In this document: positions 13,801-28,800 of the stretch, piece by piece | Layout of the letters: each line of letters opens with the position of its first letter | Position numbering within the stretch: the stretch's first letter is position 1 | DNA from: Nemertoderma westbladi | Lineage: Eukaryota > Animalia > Xenacoelomorpha | DNA: 50,649 bases | Reading direction: 5' to 3' | NCBI GenBank assembly: GCA_032718475.1 | Contig: JAUCBJ010002299.1 | Coordinates: forward strand, 1 to 50,649 | The notes under the pieces: model-generated | What the model was told of the DNA's origin: nothing | What the model saw: the letters and a program-made list of their open reading frames with translations, nothing else | Databases searched by the model: none | Position numbers and translations under genes: made by a program

Positions 13801-16800
13801 AACATTAAAGGTCATGAATTCGGTCTTGGTAGCATTCATATGCAATCCAACCTCCTTAGCAGCCCTCAACACTTTATTTAGTAGAAACTGTGCATCTGCA
13901 GGGTGATCTCATCCACAAAGTCGGTGTCTGTGACTGTAGTTGCCGGATATCTACTACTTCTGCATTCTTGAAGAGTGAATCGCAGATCTTCACCCTTTGT
14001 GGCCGTCGTCCTCATTGCGTAATCCAGATCAATTACAAATAATAATGGTGATAATGTGTCACCTTGCAGTACGCCAGCCAGGATTGAGAAAAACCTGTAA
14101 CAAGTGCCTGCGCTTCTGTGTCACAATATAATCCAATGCCAGCAACAATTACTTCTGGTATTCCATGAGCTCTTAGGATTTCAAGCATTTTGCCTCTATG
14201 GATGGAGTCGAATGCCTTCTTGAAGTCCACAAAAGTCATGACTGCGGGGAGATTGTTTGACTTAATTCCTTCAATCAGTCCCATAGTGCAAGTATCTGAG
14301 CTATTGTTGATCTATTTGGTCAAAATCCGTTTTGGCTCTTACGCAGTAGTTTCTCTATGTGAGGCCTAATCCTATATAGAATCATTTTATGGTATATTTT
14401 GGCAGCTACCACAAGAAGACAGATCCCACGATAGTTTGTTGGTATACCGAGGTCTCCTTTCTTGGGGAGAGGCTTTAGGTGACTTCAGTTGAGCTTTCCA
14501 TACTGCAACTGGGATTTCATCTAATCCACTCGCTTTATTATTGGACATGCTTTTAATGCTTCTTTTGAGTTCGGCAGGTGTGAAGTCCCCTGTTTCTATA
14601 GGTAGTGTCTTGTCATATATTTTCCTTGTAGGGCTGACCTCGATGTTTGGTGGCTGCCCAAGCAAGTTGCTGAAGTGATTTTTCCACATCCCAACACGTT
14701 CTTCAGGACTATTGGCTTTGAGGTGCCCCTTTGCACAACTTTTCCGACCGGATACCTCATTTACAGTTTGCCAGGAAAGTCTTGATTGCTGCTATATGCA
14801 GAAGCATAGAGAGGGGGGGGGGGGTGTGTTCCCCCGGGCGCACTCACCCGGGGGTGCTGAAATGCAGGCAAATGTCAGGGTATTCTTGTAAAAATAAGAC
14901 AAATCAGTGAAAATTCAGGGATTGTGATACGTGATTGTGAATGGAATTGGGATTGTGTCATAAGCGAAAAATGTTAAAAATTTTCTCTGCTCGCTTCGCT
15001 CGCCTTATACAGTATTATAATTTCACTATATCAAACTTGTGTATAATAGATTTGATATAGTTATATACTTTTAGTAAACTGTTTTTTAGATATTTTTTTA
15101 AATATTATATTCTGTTATAGAATATTTAAAAAAAAACCGCCATAAATGAAAAGTTAAAATTATTGAGGGGGGGGGGGGGGGCATCTCAGCTTCATTCCCC
15201 TGGATGCCAGAAGGGCTCACTACGCCTCTGGCTGTTATGTGAGCAGTTGTAATGGCTTCAATTTTATCCTGTATGTACTTTTCCTGGCTGATGTTGTAGG
15301 CTAATTTAAGATCGTCCTTAGCTTTCTCAACCTTGTTAATGTTTTCGGTTCTTGGTTGTTCGGTTCTTACTTTGTAGGCTATCTTAAGATCTTCCTCACC
15401 TCAAAGTAACCTCAAAGTTTTGCCATGGCACATACTGTTTTCGTTTGGGTTTCTAGGGGATATGCCTCTTAGCTGATTCCTTGTGGGCTGTTATTATAAT
15501 CTGGTATATTGAATCGGTGAACTGGTCTTCATCCATTGACTGAAGTGCTTCAAAGCGGTTTTGAACTTCTACTGTGTAAGCATCCTTTACTGCATTGTCA
15601 GTTCTGAGTTTCTCCCAGTCATAGTTGATTTGCTTGCTTGTCATGGGTTTGCTGGCTCTCAAACTGAGTCTGATCTCTGCAGTCACAATTCTGTGGTCCA
15701 AACCAATTAGGTTAAACGAGCTGTATGCCTCGCAGTTGATCATGCTGTTTCTCCACTTTTTGTTTATAAATATGTAATCCAGTTGTGCTTTGGTTCCATT
15801 AGGGTATGGAAATGTCCATAGCTCCCCCTTACTCTTTTCGAATGTGTTGTTTGTTGGTATCAATTCATATTCTTCCATTAGGTCTAAAAGTAAGTACCCA
15901 TTTCTGTTAGAACTGGTGTTATAGGTGTAACCCTTGATGTCTTCTGAGCCAATTTGCGCATTCAGGTCACCAGCAATGACTTTAACATTGTGTTTCGGTA
16001 TGTCCTTTATAAGTCCAGTCAGATTTTCATAAAACTTGACTGCTTGTTCTGGCTCTGAGGCATTGGTTGGACTGTAGCAACATATAACTGTTGTCTTGGG
16101 ATTCCCATCAAATGTTGCGATCATAACCCTGGAATTTATAGATTCGATGTTGTTTCGAGTCTTAAGTGCAAATGGTCTTAGCAGAATTCCTACTCCACTA
16201 ATTGATGCATTGGCCGAGTTTCTTACTGCTGAGCTTGTTACTAACGTCCATCCATTTCCAATGTCATTGCACTTCATGGCAGTGTCTTCATGACAAATCC
16301 GATGTTCTTGGATGCAGATGATGTCAATGTTATATTCCATTGCCAGAGTGACCATGTCACCCTGTTTGCTACGTGCTTTCAACGTGCGTGCGTTCATTGT
16401 AGTAATCTTTACTGTATTTTTATATTTCAACAGGTTGGTTCTTCTTTTTTCTCTGTCTTCTGTTCCAGTAGGCAATTTATCGACCCCAGCCTGATGTACC
16501 ACTGAGGGACACTGTTGACCCGGGCGACGACCGAGCCGGTATTTCTCCTGGAGGGTTCTCATACTCATATCCTTCAGTTGCGAGAGTAAACCGCTTCTGG
16601 TCACAACTCCTACAAGCGTCTTCGCAGTAGGTCGCCGTTGGTTGATTACTTTCCGCCGACCTTGTCAGCATGTCTGGCCATTGGTTGATTAGCTTCCACC
16701 TATCCATGGCCTACAGCCCTGCCGCCGACTGTAGGGGTCATTTTGTTACACCCTGAACCAAGTGTGCCTCCTGTGTTATGTTACCAAACACTGGTAGAGG

Positions 16801-19800
16801 AGCTTCGAGTATAGACAGAGTGGGGAATGTATCATCTCTATTGCAGATGCGTATCAAGCCTTTGCCTTCAATGGTGGCATAGGCACTATGACTTAATGAC
16901 TTGTTTAGTTGATGGGGCTAAAACCAACCCACTCATGATCAACTAAATAATGAATAGGCTACTGGTGCTTATAGGGCCTGCCCTACTGGGCTGACAGCTA
17001 CAGGTAATACCACATTACTGCCATAGTGGTAGCAGGATCTGGGGACCTGACCTGACACTTAAAGCTATCAATTGTAGTTAAATTGTTCCGATCCATGAAG
17101 TGCAGACAACAAATGTGTTATATATCATATATAAACTTTCTAATTTGTATCGCAACAAAATACTTAATCTTATTTATTACACTAACATTATTATAAATTT
17201 TTATGCGAAGATTTTGTATATATTAATGAGAAAAAGACTAAATCTTTTGTAGTGAATGGAAATAAATCTGATAAAGTGGATTTTACTGTTAACGGTCTTA
17301 CGGTAGGCTATTATACAGAGTATATATTTAGGATCACATTTCATGGAGGACGCAAAAATGTCTTCGGTTTTGAAAATACAAGAGAAAAGATGTGAAAGTG
17401 CTGTAAATAAATTCAGTATTTTTTGTGCTACTAATACTAATATGCCTTTCAGTTTTAAGATGTAAGTTTTCGAAGCTTGCGTTGTTAGTTCCCTTACATA
17501 TGGTGCAGAGTCCTGGTTAATTTGTAACATGAAAGGATATGACCTAGATTTAGTAATATTTTTGTTAGGAGTAAGGGTTCAGACCCCTAATGATTTATGT
17601 TTACCCGAATTAGGGATACCGGATTTGAGTCACAGGATATTTCGCGCACGGTGTAAGGTTATGTTGAAGTTTAGTAGACAGCGTAATGGAACACCTTTTT
17701 CTTTAGCACTATAATTGTGTAGAATAAATAATACGTCTGGTTTTAGGACAAAGAAGTACTTTCTGACGGAGACTGATAATCAGGAGGTAATAAAGAAGGA
17801 TTTGTGACTATATTCTTTACTTACAATGAAACTCTTAACCCAGATATTACTGTCCATGAATTGTATAATAGGAATGATTCTCAATAAGTGCCAGATTATC
17901 TCATACGTAGCTACAGTAGACTGCGACTAATGTCCCACAATCTCCGGATTGAGAAGGGATGGTGGAGTCCCTACTGAACAACGTTTGTGTAAATGCAGTG
18001 ATTTGGCTGTACAAACTGAAACACACGTTCTATTATAATGTTTTAGATTAAATTAGATTATAATGTAGAATTAAGAGATTCATTTAGTTTAGATTATATG
18101 CGTCACTGACAGCGTTATTTATTTCGAGTAATATTAAGAATTTGGTATTATTTGTAGATTATTACAATTCTTTTGATAAGTAAAATTTATCTATGTATTT
18201 GCTATTTCACATCATATCAGTGTTGTTATTATTGTTGTTATTCACATCATATCAGTGTTGTTATTATTGTTGTTATTCACATCATATCAGTGTTGTTATT
18301 ATTGTTGTTATTCACATCATATCAGTGTTGTTATTATTGGTTATTGTTTCAATTGACTGGTAAATTTGGACGGTTTGTGATGTGTTTTATCATAGTTTCA
18401 TCGTCAATAAACTATATATCTAAGTGCAAATCCATTGATTTGATGTATTTCTTTGTTCTTTATTGATACCACCGTGTCCCACTTCAAAAATATTGGTAAA
18501 ATAACTGCTTGGAAAACTTGGTTGGCTATGCCAGAAATCACATCAACTTTATCAACTAGGCAGTATTATGATCAGCCATTTAATCCCTTTCCAAACTGAA
18601 TCGAAAATGTGGAATTCAAAGATTTGCAGCACTTTGTCATACATATTGCGGATGGGACATTTACATATTTCATGGCCGTTTATTTCTCATATTAACCATC
18701 ATAGATATAATAATAATAATAATAATATGTACAGTATATAATGTAGAACTTTAAAAGGCGGTTGACTTATATGACTGGTGGGAATCCAGTAGCACCAATT
18801 TGACGCAGCTATGGACTAGATAGGCCTGTTAGCGTAACCAATACTTGTAACCTGTAGTCTGCCTAATATAGACATAAAGTTGGGGAGAGGGAAAACTGCG
18901 ACATGATAGATAATGCTTTAATAATTCCCAACTCACCATCACATGAAATTTCATAATCTATAGTTTCATTGCACCCTTCCTCGCTTAGAAGATTAAATAG
19001 AGGCATAGACATTGTAAGTGTTCCATTAACGCATTCGCTGTAAGTTCGTTTAACCGCACTACCAGGGTACACACACTCTGTAAATCACAAAATGTTTATT
19101 ATTCAAATCGAAATACCTTAAGAACTTATATACATATTCGAGTTCGTACATACATTCGTGCAAGTAGATTTTTGCTTAGCATAATACTGACTATTACAAA
19201 TAATAATCTCGTTATAATTATAATACATAAAAATATCATTATATCATTTACCAACAAGGAAACAGCCAAAAAGCATATTCCCCAGAACAGTATCTGTCAT
19301 GGCAAGACACAGATGATCTTTAAGATCTTATATGAGAGATGATCTTTAAGATCTTTAGCTTTCTGCTGAGAAAGCTAAAGAAGATCAGAAGTACATACAG
19401 GACAAAATTAAGCAACACACATACAGCAACAATCGATACTTACCTGGAAAACTATAAATGAGCTATCTGGTCCGAAAAATTGTGTGAAGGGGCATTAAAA
19501 AAACTGATAGTCCAGAAGAACATGTTGGGAAATGGAAAGATACATTTAACAATTTGCTTACTAAACATCGAGGTCAGCTCAACAAGGATAATTTTATATG
19601 ATATCTATGGAAACAGGGGTCTTTACACATTACACCTGCCGATCTCTAGAGAAACATTAAAAGCATGTCCGTCCATTTACAAAGCGTGTGGATTAGATGA
19701 AATCCCTGTAGAGGTGTGGAAAACATGAGCACTGAACGAACAGACCAATATGTGATTTTTGCAAACGGATGCTGTAAGGGGAACAACCATATATGATGAC

Positions 19801-22800
19801 TAAAGGTCAACTAAAGCTTCTTCCCAAGAAAGCAGACCTCGGTGTACCTCAAAACTATATAGTGGAATCAGTCTCCTTGTGATTGCTGCACAAATAGACA
19901 GTTATGCTCATACAGTCACAGACACCAATTTTGCGGATGACATCACCCTGCTTTCCAATACGCTAGCAGATTCACAGCTTCTAATAACTAAATTGAAGAG
20001 GTCTGCTAAGGAGGTTGGATTGCTATAAATCCAATATTAATGTAATATTAATGTATGCCAAAACAGCATGGATAGACACATAAGTTAAAGACATAAGTTA
20101 GGAAACAAAGGTAAAACAATGGATAGCTCTATAAATAAAAATGAAACCTGGAATGCTAACCTATCTTCTCCAGACACCTAATGTCCAAGTTCTTTAAATT
20201 TGCGACCTGTATCAACTACTCTACTTGAACTCTGACCAGGATTCAGAAGGCAATAAGGCATTGCTGGGAAGTGAAGACAAGGTCATACCAGAACTACATT
20301 ACCAGCACAAGGTTCCCATGGACGACCGGCTATGACATATAGACCAACTGTAATGGGATACAGGACTTCTAAGAACAATTTTTTAAAAACCATGTAGAAT
20401 CGTGAAGCATGGAAGGAGATAATTTTCACTGTCCTAGCTCATTCGACCTAGTAATAGAAGTACATACATGATTAGCACACACTATGGTAGAATGCCAGCA
20501 GACTTAGAAACAAGCCACCCCGAACTATTTGGTCAGCCACACACTCTCCAAGTTCGGCGACTTTAACCAGTCTATTTATTATCCTCGTATGCCGGTAGAT
20601 TTAAGGGGTCGAATTGTGTAGGAGATATGAGGTTTGGTAATAATTATGTGCCACCAAAAATAAATTCTACAGCACCTCTTTTTTGAATAATGGTAACAAT
20701 TAATATACACCATGACCCGTAATATTGTATAACTTTCTATATATATATAATAAATTATTTTATTTTAAACGAATACGTATAATTGTTCTCACTATTTAAA
20801 ATAAATAAGTTCTTATTACCCACCTGTGCAAGGTACTTCATATTCAACAAAACAATATTCTAATACTTTTGGATTTTGTTCATATTTTATTCTGTTCCAT
20901 CCACTTCTTCTAATTGTAATGAAATCTGTTTCGTATTTACAAACGGGCCAATTATTCAGCATCGCATATGGAATTCCAAGATTCATACAATCTAAACGAA
21001 TTATATATCACCACATCTGGTATATGGAAAACGTTTTGATAACTTCCAATGTTTTGATAAGAAACTGCCCATCTGATAAGGCCAGTAAGGATTACAATTC
21101 GATATCATGTTAAAATTCATGCAAGTTTTCATAAAAAATTATTGGTTTATTTATTTTGTCCTACAATTAATATTGTATAGTGAAAATTTTGGAGTTCTTA
21201 CTTTGTAATTGCGTAATAATATCGTAATAATAACTTGCTATTTTTTTCGTACCGTATTCGCATTTATCTGTGATACAATATATGTCTTCTTTTGTAGCTG
21301 CACAGGCCCCATCATTTCGGGCCTCAACCAAGACAATGCGAGTCCTAGAACGAACCCCATTGCAATCGTTCGTCTGTGGTAAACAATCACCCCATTCACT
21401 CCAATTACTGAGTTCGCAGTCAACCGCACCTACATATAAATGCCAAATATTATATATTAATAATTTTTATTCCAAAATTGTATCATTACTCAACGCCGTT
21501 AGTATTAACAGCGAGTTTATATTTAGCACTTTACAACTTTAGAGGACATTACAGCATTGTGTAAAGGCGGGGTAGCTCAGTTGGTTGAGCGCCGGGCCTG
21601 CAATCTATTGGTTGTAGGTTCAGCCCCGCCAGGGTCCACTCAGCCTTTCATCCACTGGGGTCGATAAAATGAGTACCAGTTAAATAACTGGGAGCAAATC
21701 TTGGGAGGAGTAGCCCCCACCCCTACCCTCGGGTAGCAGCTATCGAAAGAGGAGCCTTCGGGTCGCCTCCGGCTTCGGCCGACTGTTTGCTTTTTTACAG
21801 CATTGTATTGGCCTGTACATTTAGTATTGTATTAGGTGTTATCATTTAAGTGTCCCCTTAGTGGACATTACTTAACGCCGTCATTGGTTACCACGTAAAC
21901 AATAGGTGGAAATTCTGCCTGACAGCCAGATAGGCCTACTGCATTACCCACCGGTAGGCGGGGTATAGCTATTAATAACCAGTAGCTAATGGCTTCAAAA
22001 GCCACCATTAATATAAGCTAACTTATTTATAACATAATTTTATGTCATTTTTACATTTATTTATACAGCAACTAATATAATTTGTGCAGTTTCTATCACT
22101 TATAATGTATATGTACAATCATTTCGTAATGTTAAAATTTTGGAATAAAACAACATACATACTTGTTGCAAAGTACTTTACAGTGTTCTGATCCTCGAGG
22201 CTTTATTTTCACTCACTCACTAACGTTCGTTCGTGTAACAAAGCCACTCGGATCATCACACTGGAAAGTGCTACTTTACACACAAGTATGTAAATAGATA
22301 TTACAGTGGATTCCAAGACAAATAGGTGTAGTGAAAAAAGTAGGAGTTGGGACGGTTATTAGATTTTGAAACTTGGGCCTCACAATGAATGTTGTGATGG
22401 GAAATGAATATATTATCCTCATGCGCATTAAATGCATTTAAATGCGCCACCTATTTCTAAATAAAAGAAATGAAGGATGTAAGGTTAGCAAGAGTTTTCA
22501 CAAACTATTTGGGATTGAATTTATTTTTTTTAGTATAAATATCATCACTGTAGTTGGTATAACGTGTCAATTTTTTGGGGTCTCAAGGATTTTGTGGTCA
22601 AAAAATCTGAAGGCGGAGGATATTATTTTTATGTCATTTAGGCAGAAATGTTGTATTAATAAGCTAGGTGCCTAATAAGTCTTATGCAACCAAAAGTAGG
22701 ATTTTACCTTAATCATTTTATAGCTTTATAGCTCTATATCTTTTTATTTAAAGTACGTTTATGAGGCATTTAAGAAAGATAATGTAAAATCAAAAATAAA

Positions 22801-25800
22801 ATTGGATGAAAAATCTACTGCTTTTTATATATTATTCAGTGTATAAGGTTCCAGATGTTATCGCTGTACTCACGATGACAACCAACCACTGGCGTACAGT
22901 TCACTTCCTCGTAAGTTGGCTGACAACCCCCGCCCCATTGCGATTCAACATCAATTGTCCGAGTTCTATTTTTAGTTCCTTGGCAACCATCATCCGAATA
23001 AGGAACACAAATATTCCAGTCCGACCACTCACTGAGCTTGCAATCAATTGGATCTATATAAAAATTAGCACAGCATTATTACATTGAAAACAATAATAGT
23101 TACTGTTAATACTTCAATACAGGTGTATCCGTATATAAGTTAGGCAGTTTTTTTTGCCCTACATTTTTTACTTTTTTTGCCCTGTATTTTTTACTTTTCT
23201 TGCCCTGTATTTTTTTTAATACTGTTATGCCCTATCTATATAAGTACTTTTCTGCCCTATATTTTTTTGGACTAGCAAAACTGCTATACTCTACTGTCAG
23301 ACTGTTGCTTATTACTGTCAACAAAATTTAAATGACAGTTTTAATTTTAGGGTTTGGGCCCGACCAACTAACCCTAACCAAAAAATTAATCAATAAATCA
23401 AAGTTAAAGTGCTGTACGCGTGGTTATCAGTTGTGGTGCGTTAGGACCTGGTAGCTTTAGGTCATTGCATTAGGTCCATAGCTTTAGGTCCTGGTAGTTT
23501 GGTCCAAGGTAGCACAGGGCGTCCAAGAAAGAAATTGAACGTTCATATTTGGTATTTTTTCCTGCTAATCTGAACATCCATGAAATATCGTTCAAAATAG
23601 GTAAAAATTGCTGATGTTGTGAGTAATTTACCAAATTTAATTAAAATAATTTAAATTAAAGTCATAACTGAACGAAATTGAAAATTAACCAAAACAAACG
23701 AATATTGAACGTTCAAATTACGTTCAGTTTTGTGTTCATTTTTTTGTACCTAAATATGTACGTTGTTTGGACGTTTATGAACGTTCAAAAATGATTTACT
23801 TTAATTAGATGTCAATGGCATGTTCAAACTTGTTCGTGACACTGATTATTTTTTATTATACAATTAACTTTTGTGTTGGTTTAAAAATACTCCTTGTATG
23901 CTTGCGCTTATAGTTGGACTAATGGTTCCTTCCCAATACAAAACAATTACATTAAGTAATAAAAATATTCACATTATTCGAGACAGGGGGGGGGGGTGGG
24001 GGGGGGGGGGGAACTGGACGCAAAACTCGCCTTGGATAATTAATATACTGCCTCAATTTTAAATTCTCAATTTAGGGAAAGGAGCAGGTTACAGTGGCAC
24101 GTTATTTTAACCAAAACAATAAACTAAACACAATAGAACAGGTTACAGTTTTATTTTTGAGAATAATCATCTGTTATTTGCGTCTAATTTCCACTGGAGA
24201 GGGATGAATTTTTATTGCGTCCAGTCCCCCCCCCCCCCCCCCCCCCCCCTATCTGCATTATTCGCACAACGAAAAACTGATAACCAATACAACGTTGGCA
24301 CAATAACATTTTAAACAACAAATAACCACAAAATTAAACAAAGGTGATTGATTACTAAATCTGAGACTATGTCACAAAAAAATGAAATAAAATTATTACA
24401 ATATATTATGTTTTATTATAGACAAATCTACATTATTATCCTCATTAAATTATAGATAAAAAATTTCATTACTGCATGAACCATTCATGACCTATTCATA
24501 CATACATAGGAGAGTTATCTGTTGGGGCCTTTCTTGTATTTTCATACGCTCACATACGTACTGACGGTACTGCATACTTATCTCTGAACCTATCCTTCTG
24601 CTGTTCTGTTTTTTTTTGTGATACTGGTCTATATCCCGGTATCTTAGTGGATACTGGTCTGTATCCAGGTATCTTAGTGGATACTGGTCTGTATCCAGGT
24701 ATCTTAGTGGATACCGGTCTGCAGATATGGTGGGACCAACTTCTCAACCAGCCCAGTCAATGGACACCACTGGCATAGTTGGTGTTGAATGATAGTGATA
24801 TTGGGGATAGATCAGGTGTTATTATTATCAACTCCTGTTTGGCTCTTCTCATTCAGGGAATGGCAATTAAACCAGGGCCAGATGTTATAGAGGCATGTTT
24901 AATGCGATTTACAGTTACTGATATATCGGTTGCTAAAGAATCCTTATTTGAAAGGTGTAAGTAAGCTTGATAAACCAATCAACCGACGTGATACTTTGGA
25001 ACATTCTGCCACTAGAGCGAAAGTGGTGGATTTACTCGAGAAGCTTCGTGCAATAGATTCCTCTAAGAGCTTGCCAGTTATCGCAGTCGAGGCGTTGGAG
25101 GCACAGCCACTGTTTGAAGTAGACCTGATTAAAGATAAGATTTCATCCGTGAGTGCAAAGTCTGATGTATGCATTTCTCTTTCCACCATTGAGAATAAAG
25201 TCGATCAGTGTCGAAAGGAACTGTCGGATCGATTACGGTCAGTCGAGGCGTCACTCAAAGTGCCATGGCCGTCCATTCCCTCAACCCATCTGGATATCCA
25301 TGCTCCACCACCTCCTCAACGTACTAACTTAGATGTAGCCACAGCGGCTCCAGTAGCGTGGTGAGAACCCCAATCAGATAGTCGCACCCTAAACCAGGGC
25401 GGAGCAGTTGGAGGAGGACTTGGAAACCCAGGTGGTTCTCTGGGGTTTAGAATGAGATATAATGCAGCTCGTAAAGGGAGCCTTCCGGACTCTCCATTGG
25501 TAAAGAATCTGGTTTACAGAACTACTTTCAAAATAGCAGTGGGAGCATTAAACGGACTCGTCGTTCTTCCTCACTGGAAGTCGTTCACATTGACGCCCAT
25601 AATACACAAGGTGATGGCTTCGAGATTCCCCGATACCACAAACATAGACAGTAACGCCATGTTGATGGTACAGGTACAGTGAAACCGTCAGGTTCGTACT
25701 GTACATCCGGAAAGCCAGGGCAGCCCCAGCTGCTATATTCGTCTTCAGAGATGATAAACTGATTACACCAGCAGATCTAGTGGATGATCTAAGAGAGTAT

Positions 25801-28800
25801 GGTGGTATCACCATCAATGAATCGTACAAAAGAGGTCCCATGTCAATGCGCCAACTCAAGTTTTAGGATAAGTCTACCAGTCCATCACCTTGAAGATGCA
25901 CTGAATCCTGATATTTGGATGCGGGGGTTTGCGTTAGGAAGTGTAAATATGGATACCGGTTGTTAAATATTATGATTGTATATAAGTTTTTTGTATTATT
26001 TCTTAACTTTTTTTTTAAATATTTTTGCATAATATTTTTGATAATCCTCTCCTCTCATCCTCACAGCTGCAATTATCAATACCTCAATATCTCCATTAGT
26101 TACAGATTGTTCATTGTGTAGATAGATAGATAGATTTATTTATACATTATGTAAAAACAATAACAAATACACCAAACAATGTACCGGTATAAAGGTATTG
26201 TCCAACATAACATATAGGATTACCCCTAAAGCTTTGCAGCTTATTTCCAAGGGGGTCCTTTATGTTACTTGATTACAATTACAATATTACACTACACTAA
26301 CCTAAAACCAATATAAAACGTAATTACACTATGTACATGTACAACTTTACCACGAGCGTGACAATGTCCGACTCAACGATAAAGATGAAATGTACAGAAC
26401 AATTTATTATAAAACGTAATTACAGTATAAATAGTAAATAATTAATAAACTAATAACTTACTGTAGGACTATTGTACCTATTTTTACATTGCACACGGAG
26501 GTGAGATTTAACTGCAGATTTAAAAGAATGTTGATTATTTAGGTTTTTAATTTCATTAGGCAGAGCGTTCCAATTTTTAATGCCGTTAAAAAAGAAAGTA
26601 TCAGATTTAAAGGATTTACAATACGGGAGGTAGAAGTTTGAAGCACTAGCTCTGGTACTATAAGAGTGTGTATCGCGTACTCTGTTGAATTTTTGTTTTA
26701 GGTAATTGGGACATTTACCATTATACACTTTATGCACATGGTTAAGTCATAGCTGATTAACTCTACTATCTAAGTTATGTAGTCCAGATTCAGAAAAGTC
26801 ATCTGGAGTTAGGTGGTGCCTAGGTTTGTAGTCTTTAATAAATCGTACTACTTTATTCTGAGCTACTTGTAATTTACGTTTAAGCTGTTTGGTTAAGCCT
26901 TCATACCAAGAAGAGCACGCATAGTCCATGTGACACTGTATTAAAGTAGAGCAAAGTAACTTGCGGGAGTCGGTGTTCAAACTATTTTTATTTCTGTATA
27001 GAAACCTAAGCCTACTGTTAACTTTCGAGAAAATATTTTTCACTGTACTTTCTCCTGATAAGCAGTTATCCAATGTGGCGCCTAAATATTTAACTTCCTT
27101 TTTATTTTCAATCTTATGTCCATAACTAGTGACTTCAAACTTAGTTACCTTCTTTAACTTTCTTTTGGAACCAAACCAAATACTTTCAGTCTTACTGTAG
27201 TGAATGGGTAGCTTATTATCAACCAACCATTCATTACAGGATTCTAGAACTGCACTTAACTTTTGGGAAATATAGATAGGATCTTTATGAGAGAAAATAA
27301 GAGCACTGTCGTCGGCATATAAGATGAGTTTAAAATCGGGATCTATACTACTTATCATATCATTTACATAGCATACAAAAAGCAGAGGACCTAATATACT
27401 ACCTTGCGGTACACCACAGGTAATCTCTTGTATAGTAGACTGCGATTTGCTAATGACTACAGTTTGACCTCTGTCTGACAGGTAGGACTTGAACCAGTCT
27501 ATAGAACGTACACCCATCAGGCCTAACAGGTGTATTACCTCTTTTAATAGTACAGGGCTGTACCTCGACCTGTACTTGTACCTCGACGAACTGCAGTTTG
27601 GATTCCAATCTGGAGCTAGTATGATGCAATGTACGTGGTCTGCTTCGGAAGTTGTAGGTTACTATTCTCGTTTATAAACCCCTGTTTATGGATGTTTACT
27701 CGATCTTAAGAAATCATTCGACATGGTGGATTGGTGTAAACTCTTCCTGGAGTTGAGCAAGAAAGGGTTCTCCCCATTGTTTCTTCGCATTCTGCTATGG
27801 ATTTACTCCAATCAGACTTGTTGTGTACGCTGGAATGGATCCTACTCGACTCCATTTAGTTTTTCCAATGGTGTAAGACAGGGGTCTGTTATTCTGCATA
27901 ATGTTAGATATTTTGCTCGTTAGGTTGCGAAACTCGGGAATTGGTTGTCACGTGGGTAGATTTTACCTCGGAGTTCTTGCGTATGCCAACGATGTTCTCC
28001 TTCTGTGTCCTTCGCTTGGTGGTTTACAATGCATGGTATCAATATGTGAGGAGTTTGCTAAATAATTTAAATTGATATTGGGTGCCGATACAGATCCCAT
28101 CAAATCGAAATCCAAGTGCATAGTGTTTAGTTTGGGTACAATTTGGAGGGAGCCCATGGTAAAATAATAATAATAATTATTATTATTTTTTTTTTTTTTA
28201 ATTATTTAATTCAGCAAAGTTATAAAGCCATAGAGTAAAAACTAGAGCACAACCATAAGGAATATGTAAGTACAGACATTAATAAATATGATAACTAAAT
28301 ATGAATATAAATGGAGGAAGATACATACAAGGCGCCGTTATTTACAATAAATATTAAAAGACTCTAGACTAAAAGATTAGAAGGACGGCAACAAAACCTT
28401 ACAGCACAGATCAAAGAGTTAGATGATTTATTAATACGAAGGTAAAGACTGCTTAATGAGTTACGATGTATTTGCACCAAAGAACGGATATTTAAATTAA
28501 CAAGCATCTGGCTGGCACTGGAAATTTCATTGGTTTCGGAGTTGTACAGTCGAATACCAAACAAGTTCCGCACGGCTCTATTTAAGGCAGCATAAATGTT
28601 ATTGAAATTTGAAATGGAATAAAAGCGCCACGACCATAAAGCATTACAATAAATATTGGAGCAATAACTATTAAAAAGAACACATTTCACCTCAGTGGAG
28701 CAATTAATAAATTTCCTAATAAGCATATTTGCACGTCCGTAAAATTTTCTTAGCTGAGCCAAAAAATCGGTGTTGTCCAAGAAGTCAGACGTCAAGATAT

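Noticed and set aside
16930-17060. HDV-like ribozyme at the RTE 5' end
   Set aside because: One hairpin (CTGCTA/TGGCAG) is visible but I could not build the nested double pseudoknot; an Infernal or RNArobo search is needed.
18205-18345. CRISPR-like 35-bp repeats (also the 30-bp repeats at 24620)
   Set aside because: Head-to-tail repeats without unique spacers, in a eukaryotic context with no cas genes.
21566-21640. tRNA-Cys gene
   Set aside because: The T arm and acceptor stem are incomplete, and the sequence continues into a SINE body with TSDs in two copies.
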